Of a stretch of 64,000 nucleotides of DNA, positions 48,262 to 58,313 are shown one piece after another. Numbering within the stretch: position 1 is the stretch's first letter; each line of letters begins with the position of its first letter. The stretch is from IMG/VR virus record IMGVR_UViG_3300014494_000005, positions 284,924-348,923 of that record. One strand, given 5' to 3'. Under the pieces are notes generated by a model that searched no databases, was not told the origin of the DNA, and saw only the letters and a program-made list of their open reading frames with translations. A program made the translations under genes and the position numbers.

Positions 48262-48295
48262 AAATTAAACCTTACTATACAAATAATTATATTAT

Positions 48296-48958
48296 TTACA
48301 TTCCACAACCATGTTCATAAAAAATTATATCATTTTCATTAACACGTTCAAACATTACAAAATTAAATGGAAGTTCAGGAAATTCTTCTAAATATATGTC
48401 AGTATTCCAATTATATACTTTAATTTCTTTTATGTGATAAATTGTTTCAGGTATAAGATATTTTAATGCTCTTTCTCCCTGACAATCATATCCAGCACCA
48501 ACTTTTCCATCTTTCATATAAAGTTTTACTTTAGTGCCTTTTTTGGCATGAATATCCACTTCTTTTTCCATATGGTCAATTACGTCTTGATTAAATGTAA
48601 TTTTTGTATTACCATCAGTAGATTTTAATTCAGGATTTTCTTTTAAAACCTTTGTTAATTTTTTATGAAAATCATTAGTATCTATTGATTCACTTACTAT
48701 AGTTTCAATATTATCTAAATTTTCAATAATGATTTCTGGTTCAGGATAAATCCATTTATCTTGGTCAGGTATTTTAGATTGATTAATAACTTCTGGCTGT
48801 GAATAAGCTAAATCAATAAATTCTCTGACATTACCATTTTCATCAAAGACAAGTTCTTTAGGTATTCTACATATTCTTAATATACAACCTTTGTAATTAT
48901 TAATTCTAATAACAGCACCGTTTGGTTTTAAATCATATTGAATTTCGAGTTTTCTCAT
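48296..48958 (-). CDS. hypothetical protein
   Basis: ORF track. Confidence 0.8.
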   Translation of the reverse strand: MRKLEIQYDLKPNGAVIRINNYKGCILRICRIPKELVFDENGNVREFIDLAYSQPEVINQSKIPDQDKWIYPEPEIIIENLDNIETIVSESIDTNDFHKKLTKVLKENPELKSTDGNTKITFNQDVIDHMEKEVDIHAKKGTKVKLYMKDGKVGAGYDCQGERALKYLIPETIYHIKEIKVYNWNTDIYLEEFPELPFNFVMFERVNENDIIFYEHGCGM

Positions 48959-49035
48959 AAGTAATATGTTATATTGAAAATTTTTGTAAAGATATGTTTT
49001 TATTTTAAATAAAAAAATTAATTATTAATTAATTT

Positions 49036-49326
49036 TTATTTATATTCAACTTTAATTTTTATTACTGGATTTCCTTGACATTTTGTATGAACAAGTCCAC
49101 TTCCAGAACAAAATGAACAACCTTTTATGATAAATTGTCGTCTTTCATAACGTTGCCATTCCCATACAGTTTTATTACAGATTCTGCATTGTGTAACAGC
49201 AGGAAAACCATAATAGTTTTTATCAGTACAAAGCCAATAAACTCGTCCTATTGGAGCAGATAATATAATTGAAATTACGATACTTCGAAATATTATTTTT
49301 AGTGTTTTTTGTTTAATTTTTTTCAT
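49036..49326 (-). CDS. membrane-anchored Cys-motif protein
   Basis: N-terminal hydrophobic helix; CxxC pairs. Confidence 0.75.
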   Translation of the reverse strand: MKKIKQKTLKIIFRSIVISIILSAPIGRVYWLCTDKNYYGFPAVTQCRICNKTVWEWQRYERRQFIIKGCSFCSGSGLVHTKCQGNPVIKIKVEYK

Positions 49327-49579
49327 CTGATTTAAAATTTTTTTGATAATCTTTACAATTCTTTAACCAATTCAATAAGTCTTGATTTCTCTGCCAGTCT
49401 TTATTACCTTCACTGTCTCTGGTAACAAACATGTGTTGATATACTTTACCTTTTTTTGTAAATTTAGCATAATGAAAAAGAAGTTCAATATTAAATTCTT
49501 TTGCTAAATCTACAGTACGTTTAAGTACTGGATAATTTTGAACAGCTTCTTTAATTGATATTGAATATTTACCGTCCAT
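49313..49579 (-). CDS. hypothetical protein
   Basis: ORF track. Confidence 0.75.
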   Translation of the reverse strand: MDGKYSISIKEAVQNYPVLKRTVDLAKEFNIELLFHYAKFTKKGKVYQHMFVTRDSEGNKDWQRNQDLLNWLKNCKDYQKNFKSDEKN

Positions 49580-49964
49580 TTAATTTTAGTTTTTTCTGTA
49601 TTAAAATAATTGCTCTTTCCATTCCTCTTATAAGTGCATCATCATAACAATGAAAGTTTGAATGTGTTTCAACGTCTACTGTATTACGAACCAAATAATT
49701 TTTTTCTTGATATTCCGAATTCCAATAAGGTTCAATAATAATATCCAAATCATGAACTTTGGCAATCCATTCACGAGCTTGTTGCCAAAGTGGAGCAGAA
49801 ACATATCCGCCACCACTTGGTGAATTATAGTTTAATAATTTAAATGGACTTCCAGTCATAGTACATGCCATAGTCACTTCATCATAAGCAACAATACTGG
49901 GTTCATCAAAACCCAATTTTTTTAGTTGTTTAGCTATTTCATAACTTACGTATTCAGTTTTCAT
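49569..49964 (-). CDS. distant member of the 35589-37229 paralog family
   Basis: VSYEIAKQLKKLGF...APLWQQAREW...YDDALIRG. Confidence 0.75.
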   Translation of the reverse strand: MKTEYVSYEIAKQLKKLGFDEPSIVAYDEVTMACTMTGSPFKLLNYNSPSGGGYVSAPLWQQAREWIAKVHDLDIIIEPYWNSEYQEKNYLVRNTVDVETHSNFHCYDDALIRGMERAIILIQKKLKLNGR

Positions 49965-50251
49965 TATTTTATTTCACTAATTAACAATGAATATACTTTA
50001 TTTGGTGTAAGACCTTTAAATGCAAAAGATTTACATTTACCATTTTTTGCACCAACAGCTTCTCTTACTTGAACAGTGGTTTTTTTACCTTCTGCAAATA
50101 TTGATAGATTTTGGCTATCAATAATTTTTTTCAATTCTTCGATACATTCATCTTGGAAGGTATCACAAACTGTCAAATATTCAGATTTATGACCTTGTTG
50201 TGTAATCATTATTCTCAAAACAGCATCAGGCAATTGTTTATAGAGTCTCAT
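49964..50251 (-). CDS. hypothetical protein
   Basis: ORF track. Confidence 0.75.
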   Translation of the reverse strand: MRLYKQLPDAVLRIMITQQGHKSEYLTVCDTFQDECIEELKKIIDSQNLSIFAEGKKTTVQVREAVGAKNGKCKSFAFKGLTPNKVYSLLISEIK

Positions 50252-50453
50252 GATTTAATAATTTGTAGGTTCGTTAATTTCAATCCAATGATTTATTTTT
50301 GGAGTTTTATTTGCAATAACCTAATTCATTTTGTTTTTAATTTAACGTTATTATTATTTTCTTTATTTAAGATTTTCAATAAATCTTCTGTTGAAAATAT
50401 ACCTTTATTTGTTATATGCAAACCCTTTCCTTTTTTAAAAATAACAATTTTTT

Positions 50454-50753
50454 TCATTTTATATTATTTTTATGTTTATTTGCAATATCTTCATAAGATG
50501 TATTAAGTTCTTCGCAAGTACGATATGCCCAATCTTTAAGTATTGTAGCATCACTATAATCTAACCAGAATAAATGTAGAAAACGTATTTGAATTACATA
50601 TTTGGTTATTGGCGAACCTATGATTTGATTTTCTACAACTACTTTAACTCTATATTTTTTAGTTTTGTTTGCCATATTAGTAGGAAATATAACTTTCATT
50701 ATCTTTTTCAAGTTCTTCCCATGTTCCACCCATAATTCAACAGGTATTTTCAT
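50454..50753 (-). CDS. hypothetical protein
   Basis: ORF track. Confidence 0.7.
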   Translation of the reverse strand: MKIPVELWVEHGKNLKKIMKVIFPTNMANKTKKYRVKVVVENQIIGSPITKYVIQIRFLHLFWLDYSDATILKDWAYRTCEELNTSYEDIANKHKNNIK

Positions 50754-50767
50754 TACATTAATTTTAT

Positions 50768-51133
50768 TTAAAAACCAACAACTTTAATTTTATTAAATCT
50801 ATTAATTGCATTTTGTATTGTTGCATTTTTCTTTTGGGCTTTTCCAAGTGCAATTATGCTGTCAGCTTCCAACATAGCTAAATATATATCAACATCTCTT
50901 TCAATTGCAATACTTAATACTTCGGATGTCATGTGTGAACATTCACAAATACCATCATATACTTCATTGCTTACTATATCTACAATTGAATATGAAACTT
51001 CATCATCGGGTGTTGAACTTATACCTCTATCGCCCTTTTCTCGTGAATTACCAACATCTTGTATAAATCCATAAGAATTAGTATCGCAATTAAATACTAA
51101 GTTTCCGTTTTTAATTTCTTCTTTTTTTAACAT
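50768..51133 (-). CDS. hypothetical protein
   Basis: ORF track. Confidence 0.75.
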   Translation of the reverse strand: MLKKEEIKNGNLVFNCDTNSYGFIQDVGNSREKGDRGISSTPDDEVSYSIVDIVSNEVYDGICECSHMTSEVLSIAIERDVDIYLAMLEADSIIALGKAQKKNATIQNAINRFNKIKVVGF

Positions 51134-51138
51134 AATAA

Positions 51139-51747
51139 TTAAATTACTTCATCAACTAATTTATATTTTTCACAAGTTTCTGCATCCCACCATAAATCAT
51201 GGTCTAATATCTTATCAATTTCGGTTTCTGGAACTTCTGTATATTGAGCATAAACTCTTTTAATCATTTTCATTATTTCATCACTATTCTTCATATCATC
51301 TTGAAGGTCTCTGTATTTTCCATAAAGACCAGATGATAATTGATGAATAAGCATATAAGAATTTGGTGTCATTTTTCTCAGAGTACCAACAACAGAAAGA
51401 AATGTTGCTGCACTTGCAACACCACCTTCAACAATGGTAATAATATCTACATATTTTTTTAGTCTTAATATAGTATCCATTGATGAGATACCCGCAAAAA
51501 TATATCCACCATAACTACTTATATGTAAGTAAATTTTTGGTCTTCCAAAATCATTTTTTAATGATATACAGAGTAATTCATCTGCTTTATCTTGTAATGC
51601 TTTGTTTAAATCCAAAGTAGATTTAGCATCAACATCACAATAATAATAAATATGATTTGATTCTAATTTAATAATAACTGGTTTTTCTTCAGCACATTCA
51701 TTTTTTTTAATAGCTAATTCAGCTAATGACCATTTTTTTTCCATCAT
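51139..51747 (-). CDS. ClpP-like serine protease
   Basis: HISSYGG, VASAAT (Ser), MLIHQ (His), DLWWDAE.C..Y.LVD. Confidence 0.9.
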   Translation of the reverse strand: MMEKKWSLAELAIKKNECAEEKPVIIKLESNHIYYYCDVDAKSTLDLNKALQDKADELLCISLKNDFGRPKIYLHISSYGGYIFAGISSMDTILRLKKYVDIITIVEGGVASAATFLSVVGTLRKMTPNSYMLIHQLSSGLYGKYRDLQDDMKNSDEIMKMIKRVYAQYTEVPETEIDKILDHDLWWDAETCEKYKLVDEVI

Positions 51748-52067
51748 AATGTTTTTAAATTTATAATTTATATAATTCTTATTATATATTATTTTTATAT
51801 TTCATGAAATAAATCAATAAGAAAAATAATACCTTCTGCTCCAAGAATAAATCTCGAAAAACCATTCCAATTCGCTGGATGATATGACCAATTACATAAA
51901 ACTAAAAATCCAAATGTCATTATAAGAATTATTAGCCATTTAATTGAAAACTTAAACATTCTTTTCATATTATTTTAATTTTTATATAAAAATGTTTTAC
52001 AAATATAATAACTTTTTAATAATTTTCAGTATTTATAGATAAATTAAATTATCTATAAATTGTTAAA

Positions 52068-53216
52068 ATGTTAAAAGCATACAAATATAGAATATTTCCA
52101 AATCAAATCCAAATAAATCTTCTTGCTAATATATTTGGTCAAGTTAGATTTGTTTATAATCTTGGATTAGAAACTAAAATCTGTGCTTATGCAGGAAATA
52201 AAAAGAATATTGATTGTTTTGACCTTATTAAACAAATAAAAGAATTAAAAGATAACGAATGTTATTGGTTAAAGGAAGCACCTTCACAGGCATTACAAAT
52301 GTCTTTAAGAAATTTGGATAATTCATATACTAACTTCTTTAAAGGTAAAGGATTTCCTAAATTTAAGGGTAAGTATGCAAGACAAAGTTTTCAATTACCT
52401 CAAGGTATACATATTACTAAAGATAATAAACAAATTTTCATTCCTAAATTAAAATATGTTGGAATTGATTTAGATAGAGAATTTAAAGGAATTATAAAAA
52501 CCGTAACAATAAGTAAAACCGTAACTAATAAATATTTTGTATCAATATTAGTTGAAAATGATATTAAAATTCCCAATAAAAAACCAATTATTGATTCAAC
52601 AACTATTGGTATAGATTTGGGAATTAAAGATTTTGCAATAACATCTGATGGAAAGAAATTCGAGAACAAAGATTTCTTTAAATCAAAACAACATCAACTT
52701 AGAATTGAACAACGTTCACTTTCAAGAAAAGTTAAAGGAAGTAACCATTACTATAGGCAAAAAATGGTAGTTGCTTTACTTCATGAAAAGATAAAGAATC
52801 AAAGACAGGATTATCTACATAAAATCAGTAAATCTCTTATTGATAATTATGATACAATATGTCTTGAAGACTTAACTGTTAAAAATATGGTTAAGAATCA
52901 TTGTTTGGCAAGAGCTATATCTGATATGGGTTGGAGTGAGTTTAAAACAATGCTTGAATATAAAGCTAATTGGTACGGAAAGAATGTTATAACTATTGGC
53001 AGATTTGAGCCAAGTAGTAAGATTTGCAGTTGTTGTGGTAATATCAACAAGAATTTAACTCTTAATGATAGAGAATGGACATGTTCAAATTGTAAGACTA
53101 TACATGATAGAGATGTTAATGCTGCGATTAATATAAAGAATTTCGGACTTAGGAACAAGTCTGGCGTTGCGCAAAGTGATGGGATACCATGTGCTTGCAG
53201 CGTAGAAGTTAATTAA
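52068..53216 (+). CDS. tnpB: TnpB RNA-guided endonuclease (IS200/IS605 type), no TnpA
   Basis: [10 protein letters not shown]-terminus; RuvC D (GIDLG), E (LEDL), D (DRDVNAA); CxxC...CxxC. Confidence 0.95.
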   Translation: MLKAYKYRIFPNQIQINLLANIFGQVRFVYNLGLETKICAYAGNKKNIDCFDLIKQIKELKDNECYWLKEAPSQALQMSLRNLDNSYTNFFKGKGFPKFKGKYARQSFQLPQGIHITKDNKQIFIPKLKYVGIDLDREFKGIIKTVTISKTVTNKYFVSILVENDIKIPNKKPIIDSTTIGIDLGIKDFAITSDGKKFENKDFFKSKQHQLRIEQRSLSRKVKGSNHYYRQKMVVALLHEKIKNQRQDYLHKISKSLIDNYDTICLEDLTVKNMVKNHCLARAISDMGWSEFKTMLEYKANWYGKNVITIGRFEPSSKICSCCGNINKNLTLNDREWTCSNCKTIHDRDVNAAINIKNFGLRNKSGVAQSDGIPCACSVEVN

Positions 53217-53238
53217 TTTTTAATTAATGGTTCACAAT
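53130..53238 (+). mobile_element. candidate right end / omegaRNA region of TnpB1 element
   Basis: TTAATTAA-tttt-TTAATTAA hairpin then TGGTTCAC, resembling IS200/IS605 right ends; boundary inferred. Confidence 0.45.
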
Positions 53239-53251
53239 CATAACTTTCATA

Positions 53252-53482
53252 TTATTTTTCTTTAAATGTTTGACAACCTCTGGTATAACAACCAACAAAT
53301 GATATGAACATATTCATTTTGCAATTAATATTACCATCATGATGAACGCAATTAGGACAAATCCAACCATTGGGTTTGGATTGAAGTTGTAATATTTCTT
53401 CAATGGTTATTATTGGTGTATTAATTGCGGTACTTGAATTATTATAATTCACTACTCTATCTGAATTAGTATAATTAATCAT
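53252..53482 (-). CDS. hypothetical Cys-motif protein
   Basis: GWICPNC...C...C..C. Confidence 0.75.
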   Translation of the reverse strand: MINYTNSDRVVNYNNSSTAINTPIITIEEILQLQSKPNGWICPNCVHHDGNINCKMNMFISFVGCYTRGCQTFKEK

Positions 53483-54228
53483 TTAATTTTTGATTTAAAA
53501 ATAATTTCAGCATCTTCATATTCTTTACAAACTGCAATAGTTTGTTTACCTTCAATATTACTTTTTACACCATCATGATAATCATGCCATTTACATACCA
53601 CAAAATCATTAGGACTTGTAGTAAAAGTAAAAAAATTTGGAAACCAATTTTTTGCTAAAACAATGGCAATTGTAGTTATATTATCTTGCCACGCTAAGAC
53701 TGTTTTCATGTCTTCAATAATTTTGAAGTTTTCTATATTACCACCATTTCTTTCATGCATACTAATTTTAGTATTACTTTCAATTGGTTTTAATTTTTCT
53801 AATCCTTCTTGTAATTCTTCAAAAGAATAACAAATGTCACCACCATTTTCCTTAGTGAAAGCATGCATTATGTCCCATTTTTCAGGCTCTTCATCAAATA
53901 AAATAAAACAAGGTTTACCTTGCCCTATCATATAACCCAATTCCAAATGACCAGATTTTCCTGCTGGCATAACTAAAACACCCATATTACTTCTGTCTAT
54001 ATGAAACTTATCAAATTCATAAATATGTTTCGCAGCATAATTGCTAAGTGCTTGTTTATGTGTAGTGCCTCTAACTTTTTCAAAATTACGCCAAAAATCA
54101 TCTGCTTCAGGACCGGGCGAGAACCAGTCATCAAAAACTTCAAATCCTAATTCTCTGATTTTATTGGCAATGTGAGGAATTTGGTCATTTTTTAAACTAC
54201 CAATTAAATAAATTATTTTTTTAGACAT
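53479..54228 (-). CDS. nucleoside 2-deoxyribosyltransferase-like protein with C-terminal extension
   Basis: IYLIGS...EVFDDW...FDKFHI...GKSGHLELGYMIGQGKP. Confidence 0.8.
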   Translation of the reverse strand: MSKKIIYLIGSLKNDQIPHIANKIRELGFEVFDDWFSPGPEADDFWRNFEKVRGTTHKQALSNYAAKHIYEFDKFHIDRSNMGVLVMPAGKSGHLELGYMIGQGKPCFILFDEEPEKWDIMHAFTKENGGDICYSFEELQEGLEKLKPIESNTKISMHERNGGNIENFKIIEDMKTVLAWQDNITTIAIVLAKNWFPNFFTFTTSPNDFVVCKWHDYHDGVKSNIEGKQTIAVCKEYEDAEIIFKSKIK

Positions 54229-54319
54229 GCTTTTTATTGGTTTATATAAAGTTATTTTAATTAAAAAACCCCTGTAATAATTACAAGGGTCAAATATAAT
54301 AAATATTTTTTAATTACAA

Positions 54320-54508
54320 TTATTTTTTCTTATATTTTTTAATAAAATCTTTTATTTCTTTTAATACGGTTGTCATTAATTCTTGATTTGCTTCACCAAC
54401 TTCACTTATGCTACGTAAATGGTCGCCAAATGATGGAAAATTGGCATTATCAACCTCATTTAAGAATACTTGTAGTTCTTCATTGATGATTTGTTTTACA
54501 CTTGACAT
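54320..54508 (-). CDS. hypothetical protein
   Basis: ORF track; GTATTTAT upstream. Confidence 0.65.
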   Translation of the reverse strand: MSSVKQIINEELQVFLNEVDNANFPSFGDHLRSISEVGEANQELMTTVLKEIKDFIKKYKKK

Positions 54509-54603
54509 GATAGTTTTTATATAAATACTAATATAAAATATGTTTATTAAAATGTAAATTTTCTGAACTATTATAGTATTTATGTCTATATAGACGTAAA
54601 TTT

Positions 54604-55845
54604 ATGCAATTAGTAGAACAACATATTATTAAACAAGATAATCAATATTTTAAAGAAATTGATAATCTTTGCTTTCTTTCTAAAAATTTATATAATAGTT
54701 GTTTATATCTTATTCGACAAGAATTTATTCATAATAAAAATAATGTTTTATATGAATTGCATCATCGAATGAAAAATACTGAACAATATTGGGCATTACC
54801 TGCTAAAGTATCATCAAACGTTATTATTGCCGTACAACATAATTTTAAATCGTTTTTTGCTGCGCTAAAAGTATATAATATAAATCCATCTAAATTTACA
54901 TCAAAGCCAAAATTACCTTATTATTTAGATAAAGAAAATGGAAGATTTTTTGTATCATATACTAACCAAGCTATTTCTAAGAAAGTGTTTAAAAAAACAA
55001 ATAAAATTAAATTAAGTAAATCAAACATTGAATTTAAAACCAAAATAAATGATTTTAATGTTATTGATTGTATAAGAATAATACCTAAAATTGGATATTA
55101 TGTTATTGAAGTGGTCTCAACTATAGAGGATATACCAATATTATTGAATAATGATAAATATTCAAGTATTGATTTGGGGGTAAATAATTTAGCCACTGTT
55201 GTTAGTAATATTAAAGAAATTAAACCATATATAATTAATGGAAAACCGTTAAAATCAATAAATCAATATTATAATAAGAAAAAAGCATGTTTACAATCAA
55301 TATTAAGAATTAGAAATAAAAAATATGGTTCAAAGCAATTAAACAAATTAAATTTAAAAAGAAAATGTAAGGTTGATAATTATTTACATAAAGCAAGTAA
55401 AATAATTATTAATGAATTAATTAATAATAACATTAACACATTAATTATTGGTAAAAATAATTATTGGAAAAATGAAAGTAGATTAAATAAAACAAATAAT
55501 CAAAATTTTGTACAAATACCACATAGTAGATTTATAGATATGCTAAAATATAAATGCGAAAGACGGGGTATTAATGTTATGTGTAGAGAAGAAAGTTATA
55601 CAAGTAAAGCAAGTTTTCTGAATTTAGATTATATACCTTCTTATAAAAAGAATGATAAAACAGTGTATGTTTTTAGTGGTTATCGTGAACATAGAGGGAT
55701 ATATAAAATTAAAAATAGTAATATTAAAATAAATTCAGATGTAAATGGCGCATATAACATATTAAGAAAAGCAATCCCAAATGCATTTGCAAATGGGATA
55801 GAGGGTATTGGAGTATATCCAGAAATCATAAATATTTTGAAGTAG
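54604..55845 (+). CDS. tnpB: TnpB-family endonuclease with rearranged RuvC-II, no TnpA
   Basis: MQLVEQHII N-terminus; SIDLGVNN; IIGKN at the usual Glu position; EESYTS; NSDVNGAYNI; no CxxC finger. Confidence 0.9.
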   Translation: MQLVEQHIIKQDNQYFKEIDNLCFLSKNLYNSCLYLIRQEFIHNKNNVLYELHHRMKNTEQYWALPAKVSSNVIIAVQHNFKSFFAALKVYNINPSKFTSKPKLPYYLDKENGRFFVSYTNQAISKKVFKKTNKIKLSKSNIEFKTKINDFNVIDCIRIIPKIGYYVIEVVSTIEDIPILLNNDKYSSIDLGVNNLATVVSNIKEIKPYIINGKPLKSINQYYNKKKACLQSILRIRNKKYGSKQLNKLNLKRKCKVDNYLHKASKIIINELINNNINTLIIGKNNYWKNESRLNKTNNQNFVQIPHSRFIDMLKYKCERRGINVMCREESYTSKASFLNLDYIPSYKKNDKTVYVFSGYREHRGIYKIKNSNIKINSDVNGAYNILRKAIPNAFANGIEGIGVYPEIINILK

Positions 55846-55884
55846 ATAAATTTTATTTACATACTCTTCAACGTGATAACATAA

Positions 55885-56058
55885 TTAATTTTCTTTAGGC
55901 ATTGGTTCGGCTTTACTATCACCTAATATTCATTCAAGAGCATATTTCACACCCTCTTCATAGGACATTCCGTGATACTTACCACCGTTTTTTTCGGCTT
56001 CTACAATTCTGTCAAGTTGTTCATAAACTTGTTTTGTGGTTCTTACTCCAATTGTCAT
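55885..56058 (-). pseudogene. small gene with in-frame TGA
   Basis: ...GMSYEEGVKYALE*ILGDSKAEPMPKEN; TGA at 55930-32 where Trp fits the E-W-(V/I)LG motif. Confidence 0.6.
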
Positions 56059-56068
56059 ATTTTCGAGA

Positions 56069-56260
56069 TTAAAGTATTGTTGAACTGTATTTCTTAACGG
56101 TTTCATTCTTGCTTTCTTTCAGCGAACCAGTGCAATAATTATAGGCTTTCTTACCATTTTCAATAGTAAAGGTTCTAACCTTGGTAATAGTAGGATTTGA
56201 ACTAAATGCAAAAATTCCTAAAACAACCAATAAAATCGTAAATTTAATAAAATTTTTCAT
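56069..56260 (-). CDS. small secreted/membrane protein
   Basis: signal-like N-terminus; ECF-type promoter 56299-56324. Confidence 0.75.
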   Translation of the reverse strand: MKNFIKFTILLVVLGIFAFSSNPTITKVRTFTIENGKKAYNYCTGSLKESKNETVKKYSSTIL

Positions 56261-56340
56261 CTTTTTCGTTTTTAGTTAATACTTGTAACAAATGATTATA
56301 CGAATTATTGATGAAAATGTTACAAAAATTAATAAAATTA

Positions 56341-56598
56341 TCACATATCCATTCTTGCATCTTCGGCAATAGATTCTTCATTTTTACACCATTCTCGGCA
56401 TGCATTTTCTACCTCGCTATTACTTCCTTTAATCCATGAAAATTTACATTTTTGATGACAATTTTTACCTATTTCACAGAATGGAACTTTATTCAAATAT
56501 AAAATATCAACACATTCATAACCATGTAAAGTTTCTTATGAAAATTCACATTGATGATGCCCGCAATTTCCAGTTTTTTCTTTATTTTGACAAGCCAT
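56341..56598 (-). pseudogene. Cys-rich gene with in-frame TAA
   Basis: CEFS* (TAA 56536-38) versus internal repeat CKFSW. Confidence 0.6.
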
Positions 56599-56601
56599 AT
56601 A

Positions 56602-56906
56602 TTAATATGATTTAAATAATTTTTTTAATTCTTTTTCTTTCAAATTTAGTTCATTATTTAATTTGTTTAAAGCAATTGTTATAATAGTTTCTAAAGCATC
56701 TTTACTTGCAGTATCGTTTATCCTTACTTCATAATTATCAACTGTAACTGGTATATATCTTCCACCATCTTTATATTCTAAAGCATTTAAAGTCCATTCA
56801 TAATTATGTTTTACACTCTTTAAATAATCAATACTTTTAATTAAAATGAAATTTTTTCAAGATTTTCGTTGTTTTGCTTTGATTTATTATCTACATTTGT
56901 TTTCAT
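56602..56906 (-). pseudogene. gene with 1-nt frameshift in a T run
   Basis: 21 codons from ATG then an 80-codon open frame offset by one base near 56843; span 305 nt. Confidence 0.6.
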
Positions 56907-56912
56907 AATATA

Positions 56913-57191
56913 TTAATATAAATTTTCAGAAATAAGTATTGAATCTTCCTCATTTTCACTTGCATCATATCCATATTTAATTTGATTATTTTCTTTAGCT
57001 ATTTTCCATGTTTCACCTCTATTAACAAAACGATTTTCTGAAGTGAGAAAACCTTGTTTTTCTCTAGGTGGTAGTACTGGATTAGAAACTAACTTTTGTA
57101 AGATTGAATAACAATCACTATGTCTATGTCCAGATATTATAGTTCCATTATAATCAATAGCAGCACACAATATAAATTCTTTTTGTTCCAT
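56913..57191 (-). CDS. conserved hypothetical phage protein
   Basis: ILCAAI...GHRH.DC...QGFLTS.NRFV.R...LISENLY. Confidence 0.85.
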   Translation of the reverse strand: MEQKEFILCAAIDYNGTIISGHRHSDCYSILQKLVSNPVLPPREKQGFLTSENRFVNRGETWKIAKENNQIKYGYDASENEEDSILISENLY

Positions 57192-57376
57192 TATTCTGCT
57201 TGTATATATCGTTCACCATCAACATAAACATTATGTTTTGGTTGAAAACTATCTTTATATTCGCCATCAATATAATTATCTCTCCACCAGTGTTCAAAAC
57301 GTTCGCCCATTTCATCTGGATGAAGATTATAAAATTGAATATATGCTTTAAATGCTAATTCTTTTGCTGTTTTCAT
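57191..57376 (-). CDS. hypothetical protein
   Basis: ORF track. Confidence 0.75.
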   Translation of the reverse strand: MKTAKELAFKAYIQFYNLHPDEMGERFEHWWRDNYIDGEYKDSFQPKHNVYVDGERYIQAE

Positions 57377-57377
57377 A

Positions 57378-57569
57378 TTACCATGTATTATAATCAGTTA
57401 TATTTTTTTCTCTATCACCAACTTTAATGGATACACCAATACCTATACCATTACCAAAATCAAATATCATTTTCTTTGATTCATTTTTATATCTCTTAGG
57501 TAATTTAGCAATGAATTTTTCTGCAGCTTTTACCTCATTTTCATTTAATTCAAATTTAGACCTTATCAT
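57378..57569 (-). CDS. hypothetical protein
   Basis: ORF track. Confidence 0.8.
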   Translation of the reverse strand: MIRSKFELNENEVKAAEKFIAKLPKRYKNESKKMIFDFGNGIGIGVSIKVGDREKNITDYNTW

Positions 57570-57572
57570 ATA

Positions 57573-58088
57573 TTATTTAATAATCAAATTAATAATAACA
57601 AGAACAAATGCCATTGTTTCAATCCACCAAGTATAGTTAGGTATACCATTTGTCCACCATTTCATCCAAGATTTATCTAAAAATTTAGGTAATTTTTTGG
57701 GTACAGCTAAAATCGCAAATAATCCCATAATTGCTGGAAGATAATATTGATGATAAGCAACTATCATTGCAATATATCCAAGTGAAATACCACCTGTTGC
57801 ACCAATAATATGTACAGTACCTTCTTGTTCTTCTTTAAATGCAGGTGCTGCGCCAACAAATGCAAGAAATGCTCCGGCAAAAAACATTAAAGGTGTAACA
57901 CTAACACCAAGTATTATCATTGGAAATGCAATACTCCAGATGAATAATGTAAATAATGCTTTATTATTTTCTCTATAGTAACTATCTGAAATACTTGTAA
58001 GTATTCCATATTTAAAATAAACAAATAACCAATAGGTGACAAATACTACAATAATATAAATCAATAAACAAATTTCATAATTTTTCAT
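57573..58088 (-). CDS. multi-pass membrane protein
   Basis: about five hydrophobic segments. Confidence 0.85.
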   Translation of the reverse strand: MKNYEICLLIYIIVVFVTYWLFVYFKYGILTSISDSYYRENNKALFTLFIWSIAFPMIILGVSVTPLMFFAGAFLAFVGAAPAFKEEQEGTVHIIGATGGISLGYIAMIVAYHQYYLPAIMGLFAILAVPKKLPKFLDKSWMKWWTNGIPNYTWWIETMAFVLVIINLIIK

Positions 58089-58109
58089 AATATAATTTAT
58101 TAATTTTAT

Positions 58110-58301
58110 TTATATCGGTAAATCTGAATTATTATCACTAACATGTCTTTTAAAATAAAATGTAAAATAATCAGCGTGAGATTTACTTGGAATGACTTGA
58201 ATTAATTCCCAACTTTCACTTCCAAGTTTATCAAGATATTCTTCAATATCTTGATTCATTGCATTAGTAAGGTAAAATTTTTTAACTAAATATTTCCACA
58301 T
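58110..58301 (-). CDS. DUF4177-like small protein
   Basis: W.Y...L..LG...WELIQV...YFKR (recalled). Confidence 0.6.
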   Translation of the reverse strand: MWKYLVKKFYLTNAMNQDIEEYLDKLGSESWELIQVIPSKSHADYFTFYFKRHVSDNNSDLPI

Positions 58302-58313
58302 ATATTTTAATTT

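Noticed and set aside
52068-55845. Complete IS200/IS605 or IS607 transposons
   Set aside because: No Y1 or serine transposase next to either tnpB.
55930-55932. Genome-wide TGA-to-Trp recoding
   Set aside because: TGA acts as stop in several ATGA overlaps (1459, 26750, 36433, 41124, 53479) and TGG is used throughout.
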